From: Acidobacteriota bacterium
GTDB taxonomy: Bacteria; Acidobacteriota; Thermoanaerobaculia; Gp7-AA8
Reading direction: 5' to 3'
Assembly: GCA_019244185.1 (NCBI GenBank)
Contig: JAFATB010000012.1
Coordinates: forward strand, 32,001 to 96,000
DNA length: 64,000 nucleotides
The translations under genes were made by a program, and so were the position numbers. Under the pieces are notes generated by a model. The model made no database searches, was not told the DNA's origin, and was given only the letters and a program-made list of their open reading frames with translations. Within the stretch, counting starts at the first letter, position 1. Each line of letters begins with the position of its first letter. This document shows positions 1-9,128 of this stretch, one piece after another.

Positions 1-2
1 GC

Positions 3-263
3 GAGATCACCTTCATCGTCGCGCACGCGGACTGCGACTACCGCAGGCAGCTCGGCGTCGAACCGATCGAGATCGCCACGCGTATCGGCGAGATCCGCAA
101 CAGCTCCTTCGAATTCCTCGCGGAGATCCGCAAGGAAGGCGGCGAGGTCGCGGCGACGAGCAAGGTCGTGGTCGTGCTGTTCGACTGGGCACGACAATCG
201 AAGATGTCCATCGACGAGACGTTGCGGAGGAAACTGACCGAATGCAGCCGGGCCGCCTCCTGA
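3..263 (+). CDS. Acyl-CoA thioesterase (hotdog fold, YbgC/FadM-like), 5'-truncated by window edge
   Basis: Manual translation of frame 3: EITFIVAHADCDYRRQL...IGEIRNSSFEF...VVVVLFDWARQSKMSIDETLRRKL, stop at 261-263; typical 4HBT-like C-terminal half. Confidence 0.75.
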   Translation, partial: EITFIVAHADCDYRRQLGVEPIEIATRIGEIRNSSFEFLAEIRKEGGEVAATSKVVVVLFDWARQSKMSIDETLRRKLTECSRAAS

Positions 264-1096
264 CTCATCCTGCTCTCGCACGGCGGCGGTTCCTCGAGCT
301 TGCCGCGCGGCCCGATGCGCTGCTCGATCTCGTCGAGGCCTCGCTCGTCATCGCGCTCGAAGAGAATCCCGCCGTCGACGTCGAACGCCACCTCGGTCAC
401 GTGCAGCAGTGGAGCGATTGCGTGCGCGCGCGCCTGGAAGGCTCGCGCGACGTCGAGCGGATCGTCGAGACGATCAACCGCGTGCTCTTCGACGAGGAAG
501 GTTTCCGCGGCGAGAACGACGACTACTACGATCCGCGCAGCGCGCTTTTGAGCGAAGCGCTCGAGCGTCACGCGGGACTGCCGATCACGCTGTCGGTGCT
601 GTATCTCGAGCTCTCGCGCCGCGCGGGCATCGAGGCCGCGGGCGTGTCGCTGCCGGGACGCTTTCTCGTGAAATTCAGCGGCGCGTTCGGCGTGATCGTC
701 GTCGATCCGTTCGACGGCGGGCGCGTGCTGACGACGGTCGAGCTGCAGAAGCTGCTCGACGCGATGTACGGCGGCGGCGTGAGGCTGCGCGAGCATCACC
801 TGCGCTCCTTCGCGCCGAAAGAGATCCTCGCGCGCGAGCTCGCGCAGCTGAAGGCGGCGTATCTCGCGCAGCACGATCTCGCGCGCGCGGCGGCGTCGAT
901 CGACCGGCTGCTCATTCTCGACGACCGCGACGCGTACGAGGTGCGCGACCGCGCCGCGCTGGCGATGCAGATGCACGCGTACCGTCAGGCCATCGAGCTT
1001 TTCGAGCGCTATCTGCTGCTCATGCCTTCCGCCGACGATCGCTTGCGCGTGCGCGACGAGATCGCGTATCTGCGCGCGTGGCTCGATCAGAACTGA
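242..1096 (+). CDS. SirB1-family protein (transglutaminase-like core plus C-terminal TPR)
   Basis: GFRGENDDYYDPRSALL, GLPITLSVLY, GVSLPGRFLV, VDPFDGGR motifs; EVRDRA TPR tail. Confidence 0.85.
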   Translation: MQPGRLLTHPALARRRFLELAARPDALLDLVEASLVIALEENPAVDVERHLGHVQQWSDCVRARLEGSRDVERIVETINRVLFDEEGFRGENDDYYDPRSALLSEALERHAGLPITLSVLYLELSRRAGIEAAGVSLPGRFLVKFSGAFGVIVVDPFDGGRVLTTVELQKLLDAMYGGGVRLREHHLRSFAPKEILARELAQLKAAYLAQHDLARAAASIDRLLILDDRDAYEVRDRAALAMQMHAYRQAIELFERYLLLMPSADDRLRVRDEIAYLRAWLDQN

Positions 1097-1130
1097 CGCC
1101 GCGAGGCGTCTGTTAACATTAGCCGCTCGC

Positions 1131-1859
1131 GTGATTACCGGCTTCAACACCGACATCAAACACAACGAAAAGGTCTACCACGTGCAGACCGAGGATAAAG
1201 GTGTCGGGAACCCCTACATCGAGTCGCTCGTGTATGTCGGCGGCGAGATTCTGGCGTCGAAAAAGACCTCGTACGCGGAGCAGCTGAAGAGCGGCGTCGA
1301 CGACAAATGGATCGGCGGGCTGATGGAACAGCAGCACCGCACGATGATCGCCGCGATCAAGCGCGGCCGCTTCGACGCGCCGGCGGACACGACCAAGGCC
1401 TCGCAGAAAGCGACGATGGACGGCAGCAGCGTCGTGCTCGAAACGCCCGCGGCGCCCGCGCCGGTTTCGGGATCCGCGCCGCTGTCGACGCTCGCCGAGG
1501 AGAAGACGCTCGATCAGGTGATCATCGATTACCTGGCGTCGGAGGCGGAGAGCGAACATCTCGAGCTCGCGCTACTCGACCAGCTCGACTTCTTCGCCGG
1601 CGCGTCGATCGAGATGCGCATCGCGGCGCGCAAGAGCCTCTCGCAGGCGCCGATTCCGGCCGCGGCCATCGAGGTGAAAGTGATCTCGACGGTCGAGCCG
1701 CCGCGCGTCATCTTCCGCGGCAAGACCGCCGCCGACGGCACGGCCACCGTCCGCTGCACGATCCCGCTCTTTCGCGAGGGAACCGCCGCGGTGATCATCT
1801 CGGCCCAAAGCCCCATCGGCAACGACGAAGTCAAACAACTGGTGAAACGCCGCAAGTAA
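1131..1859 (+). CDS. Conserved hypothetical protein
   Basis: Natural composition; conserved-looking N-terminus ITGFNTDIKHNEKVYHVQTEDKG, linker, Ig-like C-terminal part. Confidence 0.7.
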   Translation: MITGFNTDIKHNEKVYHVQTEDKGVGNPYIESLVYVGGEILASKKTSYAEQLKSGVDDKWIGGLMEQQHRTMIAAIKRGRFDAPADTTKASQKATMDGSSVVLETPAAPAPVSGSAPLSTLAEEKTLDQVIIDYLASEAESEHLELALLDQLDFFAGASIEMRIAARKSLSQAPIPAAAIEVKVISTVEPPRVIFRGKTAADGTATVRCTIPLFREGTAAVIISAQSPIGNDEVKQLVKRRK

Positions 1860-1882
1860 TCAGCCTCTTCAGGGCAACCGCA

Positions 1883-1952
1883 CGTGCGGATAGGCTAGGC
1901 CCTGAGCGCAGCCGGCCGGGCCGGCCGTGCGGATAGGCTGGGCCCTTAGCGC
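1883..1952. repeat. Intergenic 27-bp direct repeat pair with palindromic spacer
   Basis: cgtgcggataggctaggccctgagcgc (1883-1909) and cgtgcggataggctgggcccttagcgc (1926-1952), 2 mismatches; spacer contains gccggcc-g-ggccggc. Confidence 0.85.
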
Positions 1953-2000
1953 TGGTGGCCGCGCCACCTGGCAACCTTCTTTCATTGGGCACGAATCCAG

Positions 2001-4418
2001 ATGTTCCGCTCCAGACTCTTCCGTGCACTGAGCCTCCTCGTCGGGATGGCCGCGGTGATCTACGTGATCATCAGCCTTTTCCTCCCCTCGTCGCGCCGCT
2101 TGATCTTCGGCGTCGACAAGCACAGCGGAAAAGTGCGGCTCGTCACGAACCACGTCACGTTCCTGCCGCCGCATCAGTTCTATCGACTGTCGTTCGACAA
2201 GCGCGACGGCGCGGCGCAGCGCGACGACCTCGTGCGCATCTACTCGAAAGAGCACGTCCCGGTGACGATCAGCTACCGGCTGCGCTTCAGCATTCCGGGC
2301 GAGAAGATCCCGGACGCGCGCACGCTCGTGCGCGACGGCTGGAGCGCGTGGATCCGCATGCGCGTCGGCGAGGCCGTGTCGGCGGTGACGCAGCAGGTGC
2401 CGATCGAAGAGCTCGTGTCGCCGACCTCGCAGTTCGCGACGCGACGCGACGTCCTGCGCCGCGTCGTCGCCGGACATCTCGCCCGCAGCGGACTGCAGGT
2501 GACCGCGTTCGAGATCGCGCGCATCGAGCCGGACCGGCGCGCGCTGCTCGACGCGAAGCGCGCGGAGCTGCGTCGCGGCGCGCGCGGCGTCGCGGGACGC
2601 GTGGCCGTTTTTGCCATCGACGGCGCGGACTGGGAGCTGTTGTCCGAGCTTTCCGATGACGGGCGCATCCCGAACATCCAGGCGCTCGCGCGCGGCGGCG
2701 TGACGGGAACCACGCAGACCATCCAGCCGACGGTGTCGCCGCTCGTCTGGACCACCGTCGCGACGGGACTCACGCCCGACCGCCACGGCGTCATCGATTT
2801 CATGGACGCCGCGCGCAAGCGGCCGGTCGATGCGACCACGCGCCGCGCGCCGGCGGTGTGGGACATCGTAGAAGCGTTCGGGCGCCGCGCGGAAGTGGTC
2901 AACTGGTGGACTGATTGGCCGCCGCTGCCCGACAGCGCGGTGACGTACGACGCGCCGGTCGAGCTGCTGCGGAGCGCCGTCTATCCGCGCGAGCTGTTGC
3001 CGCGCGTCGGCCAGCTCGACGTCACGCCCGATTCGATTCAGTACGCGCAGGTCGCGCGCTTCCTCAACATCACCGGCGCCGAGTACCAGCAGGCCGTCGC
3101 GAGCGGCAATCCGAACGATCCGATCAACGTCTTCCGCAACGTGCTCGCGAAAACGTGGACCGACCATCGCGTCGCGATCAACCTCTATCAGCAGCAGGAA
3201 CCGCTGCTGTTGATGATGTCGTACGAGGGCACCGACGTCGTCAACCACCTCTTCGCGCCGTACCACCCGCCGTACCGCGAGGACATCAACGAGACCAACT
3301 ACCGCCGCTACTGGCCGACGGTCGCGAATTACTACTCCGAAGTCGACCGGCTCATCGGCGAGTGGATGAAGGTCCTCAGCGACGACACGACGGTCATCAT
3401 CGTCTCCGCGCACGGCTTCCGCTGGGGCAAGAACCGTCCGCGCGTGCAGCCGATCGGCCGCAGCGCGCTGTCCGATCACCGCAATCCGGGGATCTTCATC
3501 GCGTACGGCAATCACGTCGCGCCGTCGCGCGGCTCGCATTCGCTCTCGATCTACGACGTCGTCCCGACGGTCCTCTCGATCCTCGGCTTGCCCAAGTCCG
3601 CCGAGATGCCGGGCAACGCCGTGACGTGGGCGTTCCGCGACATCACGCCGGTGACGAGCGTCGGCGTGGTCAGCTACAACGAGTTCTTCAACACGCGTCC
3701 CGTGGCCGGCTTGCCCATCAGCGATCCGAACGTCTACACGCACACGCTGCAGGCGGTGGGGCATCTCAGCGATGCGTCGCGGATGCAGCCGGTCTTCGAG
3801 GATCAAGACGAAACGCAGACCGCGGCGAACAAGCCCATTCCGCCGCAGCAGTGGGCCGCCTACGCGTACTACAACAACCTCGGCATCGAGCTGCGCAAGC
3901 AGGGCAAGTTCAAGGACGCGGTGGACGCGTTCCAGAAGGCGATCGATCTCAATCCGAGCCGTCCCGCGCCGTATCTCAACATGGCCATGACGCTCTTCGA
4001 CCGGCAGCAGTACACCGCCGCCGACGAGGTGTTCGTGCAGGCGGTCGCGCACGGATTGCCGAACGCCGACCGCTGGTTCGTCGACTTCGCGGCCCTGTAC
4101 CGCTCGCGCGACATGAACTCCCGCGCGATCGCGCTGCTCTACAAAGGCAAGCAGATCTTCCCGCAGTCGTACGACGTCGCGGCGAACCTCGGCTCCGCGC
4201 TGGCGCAGGCGAGCCGCTACACCGAAGGGCTGCCGGAGCTCGAGCGCGCGCTCGGCCTGCAGCCGTCGTCGACGCTGGTGCTGAACAACCTCGGCATCTT
4301 CTACGCGAAGAAAAAAGACTTCGCGCGCGCGCTCGACTTCTGGAACCGGTCGCTGACGATCGACCCGCGCCAGCCGAGCATCCGCTCCGCCGTGAGCGCG
4401 GCGCGCACGCAACTCTGA
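2001..4418 (+). CDS. Membrane-anchored SPFH-like plus alkaline-phosphatase-superfamily (phosphodiesterase) plus TPR protein
   Basis: N-terminal TM; VFAIDGADW, SPLVWTTVATG, TDVVNH, IIVSAHGF, DH, IYDVVPTVL motifs; C-terminal TPRs (YNNLGIEL, LNNLGIFY). Confidence 0.8.
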   Translation: MFRSRLFRALSLLVGMAAVIYVIISLFLPSSRRLIFGVDKHSGKVRLVTNHVTFLPPHQFYRLSFDKRDGAAQRDDLVRIYSKEHVPVTISYRLRFSIPGEKIPDARTLVRDGWSAWIRMRVGEAVSAVTQQVPIEELVSPTSQFATRRDVLRRVVAGHLARSGLQVTAFEIARIEPDRRALLDAKRAELRRGARGVAGRVAVFAIDGADWELLSELSDDGRIPNIQALARGGVTGTTQTIQPTVSPLVWTTVATGLTPDRHGVIDFMDAARKRPVDATTRRAPAVWDIVEAFGRRAEVVNWWTDWPPLPDSAVTYDAPVELLRSAVYPRELLPRVGQLDVTPDSIQYAQVARFLNITGAEYQQAVASGNPNDPINVFRNVLAKTWTDHRVAINLYQQQEPLLLMMSYEGTDVVNHLFAPYHPPYREDINETNYRRYWPTVANYYSEVDRLIGEWMKVLSDDTTVIIVSAHGFRWGKNRPRVQPIGRSALSDHRNPGIFIAYGNHVAPSRGSHSLSIYDVVPTVLSILGLPKSAEMPGNAVTWAFRDITPVTSVGVVSYNEFFNTRPVAGLPISDPNVYTHTLQAVGHLSDASRMQPVFEDQDETQTAANKPIPPQQWAAYAYYNNLGIELRKQGKFKDAVDAFQKAIDLNPSRPAPYLNMAMTLFDRQQYTAADEVFVQAVAHGLPNADRWFVDFAALYRSRDMNSRAIALLYKGKQIFPQSYDVAANLGSALAQASRYTEGLPELERALGLQPSSTLVLNNLGIFYAKKKDFARALDFWNRSLTIDPRQPSIRSAVSAARTQL

Positions 4419-4438
4419 GCCGGCCGGGCGTCCCGCGC

Positions 4439-4483
4439 TTGACGCCCGCCGCCGCTCTCCCCTAAACTGAGACTCAGTCTCAA
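4439..4483 (+). promoter_or_regulatory. Sigma70-type promoter with overlapping 7-1-7 operator (candidate Fur box)
   Basis: TTGACG (4439-4444)-N18-TAAACT (4463-4468); TGAGACT-C-AGTCTCA at 4468-4482. Confidence 0.8.
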
Positions 4484-4492
4484 CTCGTCTCC

Positions 4493-4993
4493 ATGCCCGC
4501 CGTCGCCCGAGAAGTCGACCGATTCCAGCAGTTCCTGCAGCAGCAGGGGCTGAAGCTCACCTCCGAGCGCACGGCCCTCGTGCGCGAGATCTTCTCCACG
4601 CACTACCACTTCGAGGCCGACGAGCTGCTCTTCAAGATGAAAGAGAAGAGCGTCAAGATCTCGCGCGCGACGGTCTACCGCACGCTCGAGCTCCTCGTGA
4701 AGTCGGGCATGGTCCGCCGCGTTCACCTCGGCGAAGACCACTATCACTATGAACACGTCAGCGGAAACTCGCACCACGACCACCTCATCTGCACGACCTG
4801 CGGTGGCGTCATCGAGTTTCACGACGAGGAGATCGAGCGGCTCCAGCGCGCGATCTGCGAGAAGAAGAAGTTCACGCCCACCTTTCACAACCTTCAGATC
4901 CTCGGCGTCTGCGAGTCGTGCACGCGCCGCGGAGAGACTCCCGACGCGCCGGATCGCGTGAAGATGATCCAGGCGACGCGACTCAGGAAATAA
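4493..4993 (+). CDS. fur: Fur-family transcriptional regulator
   Basis: ISRATVYRTLELL, HHDHLICTTCG, GVCESC motifs. Confidence 0.92.
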   Translation: MPAVAREVDRFQQFLQQQGLKLTSERTALVREIFSTHYHFEADELLFKMKEKSVKISRATVYRTLELLVKSGMVRRVHLGEDHYHYEHVSGNSHHDHLICTTCGGVIEFHDEEIERLQRAICEKKKFTPTFHNLQILGVCESCTRRGETPDAPDRVKMIQATRLRK

Positions 4994-4998
4994 CCGAC

Positions 4999-5760
4999 AT
5001 GCTCCAGGCGCTCATCATCGTCTTTCGCGAAGGCTTCGAGGCTTTTCTCAGCGTGGCCATCATCTTTGCGTATCTGAAGAAGACCGGCCGCGACTGGCTG
5101 CGTCCCGCCGTCTGGTGGGGCATCGCCTTCTCCGTCGTCGCCAGCTTCGGCCTCGGCTACCTGCTGCAGCGCGTGAATCAGCCGCTGTGGGAGGCGGTGC
5201 TCGGCTTCGTCGCCGCGATCCTCGTGGCGACCTTCGTCATTCACATGTGGCGCGTCGCGCCACGCATGAAGCGCGACATGGAACAGAAGCTCGAGCAGCA
5301 CGCGACGAGCGGCTCGCGCGCGCTCGCGCTTCTCGGCACGTTCGTCTTCACCGCGTTCATGATCACGCGCGAGGGCATGGAGACGGCGCTGATGCTCATC
5401 CAGGTGCGCGTCGGCCGGTTCTGGCTCGGCTGCGCGCTCGGTCTCGCCGCCGCGGCCGCGATGTCGTGGCTGTGGGCGCACTTCGGCCATCGCATCAACC
5501 TCAAGCGCTTCTTCCAGGTCACGGGCCTCTTCCTGCTGCTGTTCACCGCGCAGATCGTCTTCTATTCGATTCACGAGCTGGCGGAAGCGGAGGTGCTCCC
5601 CAACAGCGAAGCCATTCACGCCGCGACGGAGCCGTATTCGTCGGATGGCCGCTACAGCGTCTGGATCACGCTTGGGATGCTGACGGTGTGCGCGGGGTGG
5701 CTCGTCGGCAGCGCGGCCGTCGACAAGGCGCGCGCGCAGCGGGCGGTGGAAGCGGGCTGA
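4999..5760 (+). CDS. FTR1/EfeU-family iron permease
   Basis: Two RExxE motifs (REGFE, REGME), multiple TM helices; ATG 4999 just after the fur stop. Confidence 0.9.
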   Translation: MLQALIIVFREGFEAFLSVAIIFAYLKKTGRDWLRPAVWWGIAFSVVASFGLGYLLQRVNQPLWEAVLGFVAAILVATFVIHMWRVAPRMKRDMEQKLEQHATSGSRALALLGTFVFTAFMITREGMETALMLIQVRVGRFWLGCALGLAAAAAMSWLWAHFGHRINLKRFFQVTGLFLLLFTAQIVFYSIHELAEAEVLPNSEAIHAATEPYSSDGRYSVWITLGMLTVCAGWLVGSAAVDKARAQRAVEAG

Positions 5761-5761
5761 G

Positions 5762-7171
5762 TCAGACGAGCGACGGCAGCCGCTCGATCAACCGCTGCAG
5801 CCTCCGCAATGTCCGCTCTTTCCCCAGCACCACCGCGACGTCGAAGATCGGCGGCGACGCGCCGCGTCCCGTGAGCGCGAGCCGCAGCGGATGAATGAGC
5901 TTCGCCGCGGAGACGCCGCGCGCTTCCGCCAGCGCGCGCAACGCGGCCTCGCTCGTCGCGACGTCGAACGGCTCCGTCGCCGCGAGCGTGTCGTGCAGCT
6001 CGCGCAGGCGCCCGGCGAGGTCGTCGCCCTTCAGATGCTTCTTCACCGCGTCGGCGTCGTAGTCGATCGATGCGTCGTCGGTGAAGAACGGCGTCATCAG
6101 CTCCGCGAGCTCTTTCAACGTCCGCGCGCGCGACTTGTTCAACTCGATCACCGCGCGCAGCTCCTCGAGCGGACGCGGATCGTCGCCGAGGAACGGGACG
6201 AGATGCGGATGGATCTCGTCGGCCGACATGCGCATCAGATACTGGCCGTTCATCCAGAGCAGCTTCTCCGGATCGAACACCGCCGGCGCCTTGTTGACGT
6301 CGGCGAGATCGAAGAGCTGCGCGGCTTCGTCGAACGAGATCAGCTCGCGGTCGCCGCCGGGATTCCAGCCGAGGAGCGTGAGGAAGTTGAAGAGCGCCTG
6401 CGGGACGATGCCCATGTCGCGGTACTCCTCGGCGGACGTCGCGCCGGTGCGCTTCGAGAGGCGCTTGCGGTCGCCGCCGAGGATCAGCGGGAGATGCGCG
6501 AACGACGGCACGCTCGCGCCGAACGCGCGAAAGAGCAGGATGTGCTTCGGCGTGTTCGAGAGGTGATCGTCGCCGCGCGCGACGTGCGTGATCTCCATGT
6601 CGATGTCGTCGACGACGACGGAGAGGTGATACGTCGGATGATCGTCGGAGCGGATGAGCACGAAGTCGTCGATGAGCTCCGCCTCGAACCGCACGTCGCC
6701 GCGAATGAGGTCGTGGAACTCGATCGCGCCGGAGCCGACCTTGAAGCGGATCACGTGCGGCGCGTCGTCGGGCTGCGGCTCGCCCGCTTCCGCGCGGCGG
6801 CGGCACTTGCCGGAGTAGCGATACGCGGTGCCTGCCGATTCCGCGGCGGTGCGCTCCGCGTCGAGCTCTTCGACGGTGCAGTAGCAGCGATACGCCTTAG
6901 CGCTCGCGATCAGCTCTTCGGCGCGCTCGCGGTAGCGGTCGAGCCGGTCGCTTTGGTAGACCGGACCTTCGTCCCACGCGACGCCGAGCCACTGCAGCGA
7001 GCTGACGATCTGCTCGGCGTGATGCTGCTTCGAGCGCTCGACGTCCGTGTCTTCGATGCGCAGCAGCATGCGGCCGCCGAAGTGCCGCGCGTGAAGGAGA
7101 TTGAAGATGGCTGTCCTGGCGCCGCCGACGTGCAGGAAGCCGGTCGGCGAAGGGGCGAACCGGAGTTTCAT
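5762..7171 (-). CDS. gltX: Glutamate--tRNA ligase
   Basis: RFAPSPTGFLHVGGART, LRIEDTD, RLSKR; start trimmed to MKLRF. Confidence 0.95.
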   Translation of the reverse strand: MKLRFAPSPTGFLHVGGARTAIFNLLHARHFGGRMLLRIEDTDVERSKQHHAEQIVSSLQWLGVAWDEGPVYQSDRLDRYRERAEELIASAKAYRCYCTVEELDAERTAAESAGTAYRYSGKCRRRAEAGEPQPDDAPHVIRFKVGSGAIEFHDLIRGDVRFEAELIDDFVLIRSDDHPTYHLSVVVDDIDMEITHVARGDDHLSNTPKHILLFRAFGASVPSFAHLPLILGGDRKRLSKRTGATSAEEYRDMGIVPQALFNFLTLLGWNPGGDRELISFDEAAQLFDLADVNKAPAVFDPEKLLWMNGQYLMRMSADEIHPHLVPFLGDDPRPLEELRAVIELNKSRARTLKELAELMTPFFTDDASIDYDADAVKKHLKGDDLAGRLRELHDTLAATEPFDVATSEAALRALAEARGVSAAKLIHPLRLALTGRGASPPIFDVAVVLGKERTLRRLQRLIERLPSLV

Positions 7172-7207
7172 GCGGTCGCGGAGCATAACGCAAATACAAT
7201 CGCCTCC

Positions 7208-7597
7208 ATGCGCCAGCGCCAGCGCGGCTTCACGCTCGTCGAGGTTCTCGTCGCGCTGCTGATCCTGACGCTGGTGATCACGACGTCGCTGGCCGCCTTC
7301 GTCGAGCGCACGCGGCGCCTCCGCCAGGCGAACGAGATTGTGCTCGCGTATCAGGCGCTGGCGAACGAGGCCGAGTACCGCCGGCGCATCGACTTCGCCG
7401 CGGTCGCGCCGTCGACGACGTTTCTCAGCGACACGACCGTCCTCGCGCCGCTCGAGCCGTTCGCGACGGAAGTGCAGGTCGCCGCGCCGAAGCCGGGCGT
7501 GAAGAACGTCACGATGATCATCCGCTGGCAGCACGGCGACCGGCAGGCGAAGCTCGGGATCGTGCGCGTCGACACCGGAGGCTCCACGCTGTGGTGA
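7208..7597 (+). CDS. Prepilin-type N-terminal cleavage/methylation protein (minor pilin/pseudopilin)
   Basis: MRQRQRG|FTLVEVLVALLIL class III signal. Confidence 0.88.
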   Translation: MRQRQRGFTLVEVLVALLILTLVITTSLAAFVERTRRLRQANEIVLAYQALANEAEYRRRIDFAAVAPSTTFLSDTTVLAPLEPFATEVQVAAPKPGVKNVTMIIRWQHGDRQAKLGIVRVDTGGSTLW

Positions 7598-8118
7598 CGC
7601 GGCGCGCGCGCATGCGCGGCTACACGCTGCTGGAGGTCGTCATCGCCATGGCGGTGTTCGGCATGTTCCTGCTCATCGTGACGATGCTGACCAGCGAGAT
7701 GCGCAACCTCGAGAAGCGGATGCCGGTCGACTTCATGAGCCATCCGCAAGTCGCGGCCGTGCTCTCGCGGCTGCGGCGCGACGTCGAGGACGTGCACGGC
7801 GCGAATCCGTATCCGACGAACGCCGGCAGTTACTCGCAGACGCCGCAGACGCTCATCCTCGAAAGCGTGCAACCGAACGGCGGGCTGCAGACGATCGTCT
7901 GGGATTTCTCGTCGCCCGGCGTCGCCGTGCGGCACGCGACGAACGTCGGCATCACCACCGACTGGACCGCGCGCGGTCTGCCGCCGGAGTTCTCGAACCA
8001 GTTCGCCATCGACGCGATCGACATCCCCGGACGTCCGTACGGCGTGCGCGTCACCGCACGCGATCAGAAAGGCCGCATTGCCATCGATCAGCTCTTCCAG
8101 CCGCGCGCGCACGACTGA
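7591..8118 (+). CDS. Prepilin-type protein (PilW/GspJ-like)
   Basis: RG|YTLLEVVIAMAVF signal; overlaps the upstream gene. Confidence 0.88.
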   Translation: MVTRRARMRGYTLLEVVIAMAVFGMFLLIVTMLTSEMRNLEKRMPVDFMSHPQVAAVLSRLRRDVEDVHGANPYPTNAGSYSQTPQTLILESVQPNGGLQTIVWDFSSPGVAVRHATNVGITTDWTARGLPPEFSNQFAIDAIDIPGRPYGVRVTARDQKGRIAIDQLFQPRAHD

Positions 8119-8509
8119 ACGCCGTACGCGCGGCGGCGAGCGCGGCATCGCGCTCATCACCGCGATCGTGCTGTCGCTGCTCTACTTCATGCTCATCGAG
8201 CTGATGCTGATCGACTCCTCGCACGCGCTGGAGTCCGCGCGCAAGTTCCGCGGGCGCGTCGTCGCGGAGACACTCGCGGAAAATGCCGCCGAGCTCGCGG
8301 CCGCGAATCTCGTGACGAGCGCGTCGACGACGATCACCGCGAGCGACTGGCAGGGCACGATGTCCGCGAAGATGATGCGCGATGCGTCAGGCGCGTTTCA
8401 CATCACCGCCTCCGGCGCCGCGACGACGCACGAGCAAGCGATGGTGCAGGTGTACGGCGAGGTGACGGGCACGCACCTGCGTGTCAACTACACGATGCAC
8501 ACGCCGTGA
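8078..8509 (+). CDS. PilX/GspK-like minor pilin (start uncertain)
   Basis: ERG|IALITAIVL lacking E5, as in PilX/GspK; third gene of the cluster. Confidence 0.75.
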   Translation: MPSISSSSRARTTERRTRGGERGIALITAIVLSLLYFMLIELMLIDSSHALESARKFRGRVVAETLAENAAELAAANLVTSASTTITASDWQGTMSAKMMRDASGAFHITASGAATTHEQAMVQVYGEVTGTHLRVNYTMHTP

Positions 8510-8551
8510 GGCGGTGGGCGGCGGCGAGCGCGAGCGCCCGCCGCCGGAACG

Positions 8552-8821
8552 TTACCGATACTTGCGCAGCAACCCGGCGCCGATCGCGAGCGCGGCGAGA
8601 CCGCCGAGCACGAGATGGCCGTTGTCGCGCGCCATGCCGCGGACCTTATTCACGTCGACATTGCTCATGCGATTGCTGATCGCATCGATCTTGCTCTGAT
8701 CGATGCCGACGCGATTGAGGATTCCGCCGAGGCCGGATGCTTTGCGCGATTCCGTCTGCGGGGTAGCATCCTGCGGCTGATACGGGTGGAACTGGCTGTT
8801 GGGATTGACGTTGTCAACCAT
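8552..8821 (-). CDS. Small hypothetical protein with C-terminal membrane anchor
   Basis: AGGAGG RBS upstream; ends LVLGGLAALAIGAGLLRKYR. Confidence 0.75.
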   Translation of the reverse strand: MVDNVNPNSQFHPYQPQDATPQTESRKASGLGGILNRVGIDQSKIDAISNRMSNVDVNKVRGMARDNGHLVLGGLAALAIGAGLLRKYR

Positions 8822-8850
8822 GCAAGTCCTCCTTTGCAGTTATTATGAAT

Positions 8851-8867
8851 TGCTAATGAAGTGCCAA
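8851..8867 (-). promoter_or_regulatory. Sigma-54 -24/-12 promoter
   Basis: Minus strand TTGGCAC-TTCAT-TAGCA; GG and GC at consensus spacing. Confidence 0.65.
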
Positions 8868-8907
8868 GACGCTGGATTTTCAGGCAGTTACGGCTGAAAG
8901 GTGACCG

Positions 8908-9105
8908 ATGGCAGGCAATCCCCGCGAGCATGTGAAAGACAAGGGATTCTGGGACGGCGGTACGCCGGGCCAGAGCGGCAACGGCGAAACGGCGGGACGT
9001 CCGAGCGGCGTGCCCGGCTCGCGCCGGCCGGGACGCGTCGGCGTGAACACCGACATCGACTTCCCGCCGGCGGATCCGGACGGCACGGAGGTCGTGAAGG
9101 AGTAA
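8908..9105 (+). CDS. Small Gly/Pro-rich hypothetical protein
   Basis: 65 aa with GC3-rich codons, AAAGGTGA before the ATG, lies just upstream of the ECF gene. Confidence 0.55.
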   Translation: MAGNPREHVKDKGFWDGGTPGQSGNGETAGRPSGVPGSRRPGRVGVNTDIDFPPADPDGTEVVKE

Positions 9106-9128
9106 AATCGCGGAGCACTCTCAATTCG

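Noticed and set aside
1883-1952. Possible mini CRISPR array
   Set aside because: Only two repeats, a 16-nt palindromic spacer and no cas genes
8901-9128. N-terminal extension of the ECF sigma factor
   Set aside because: Arg/Gly-rich shadow of the 8908 ORF; sigma homology begins near ATG 9129
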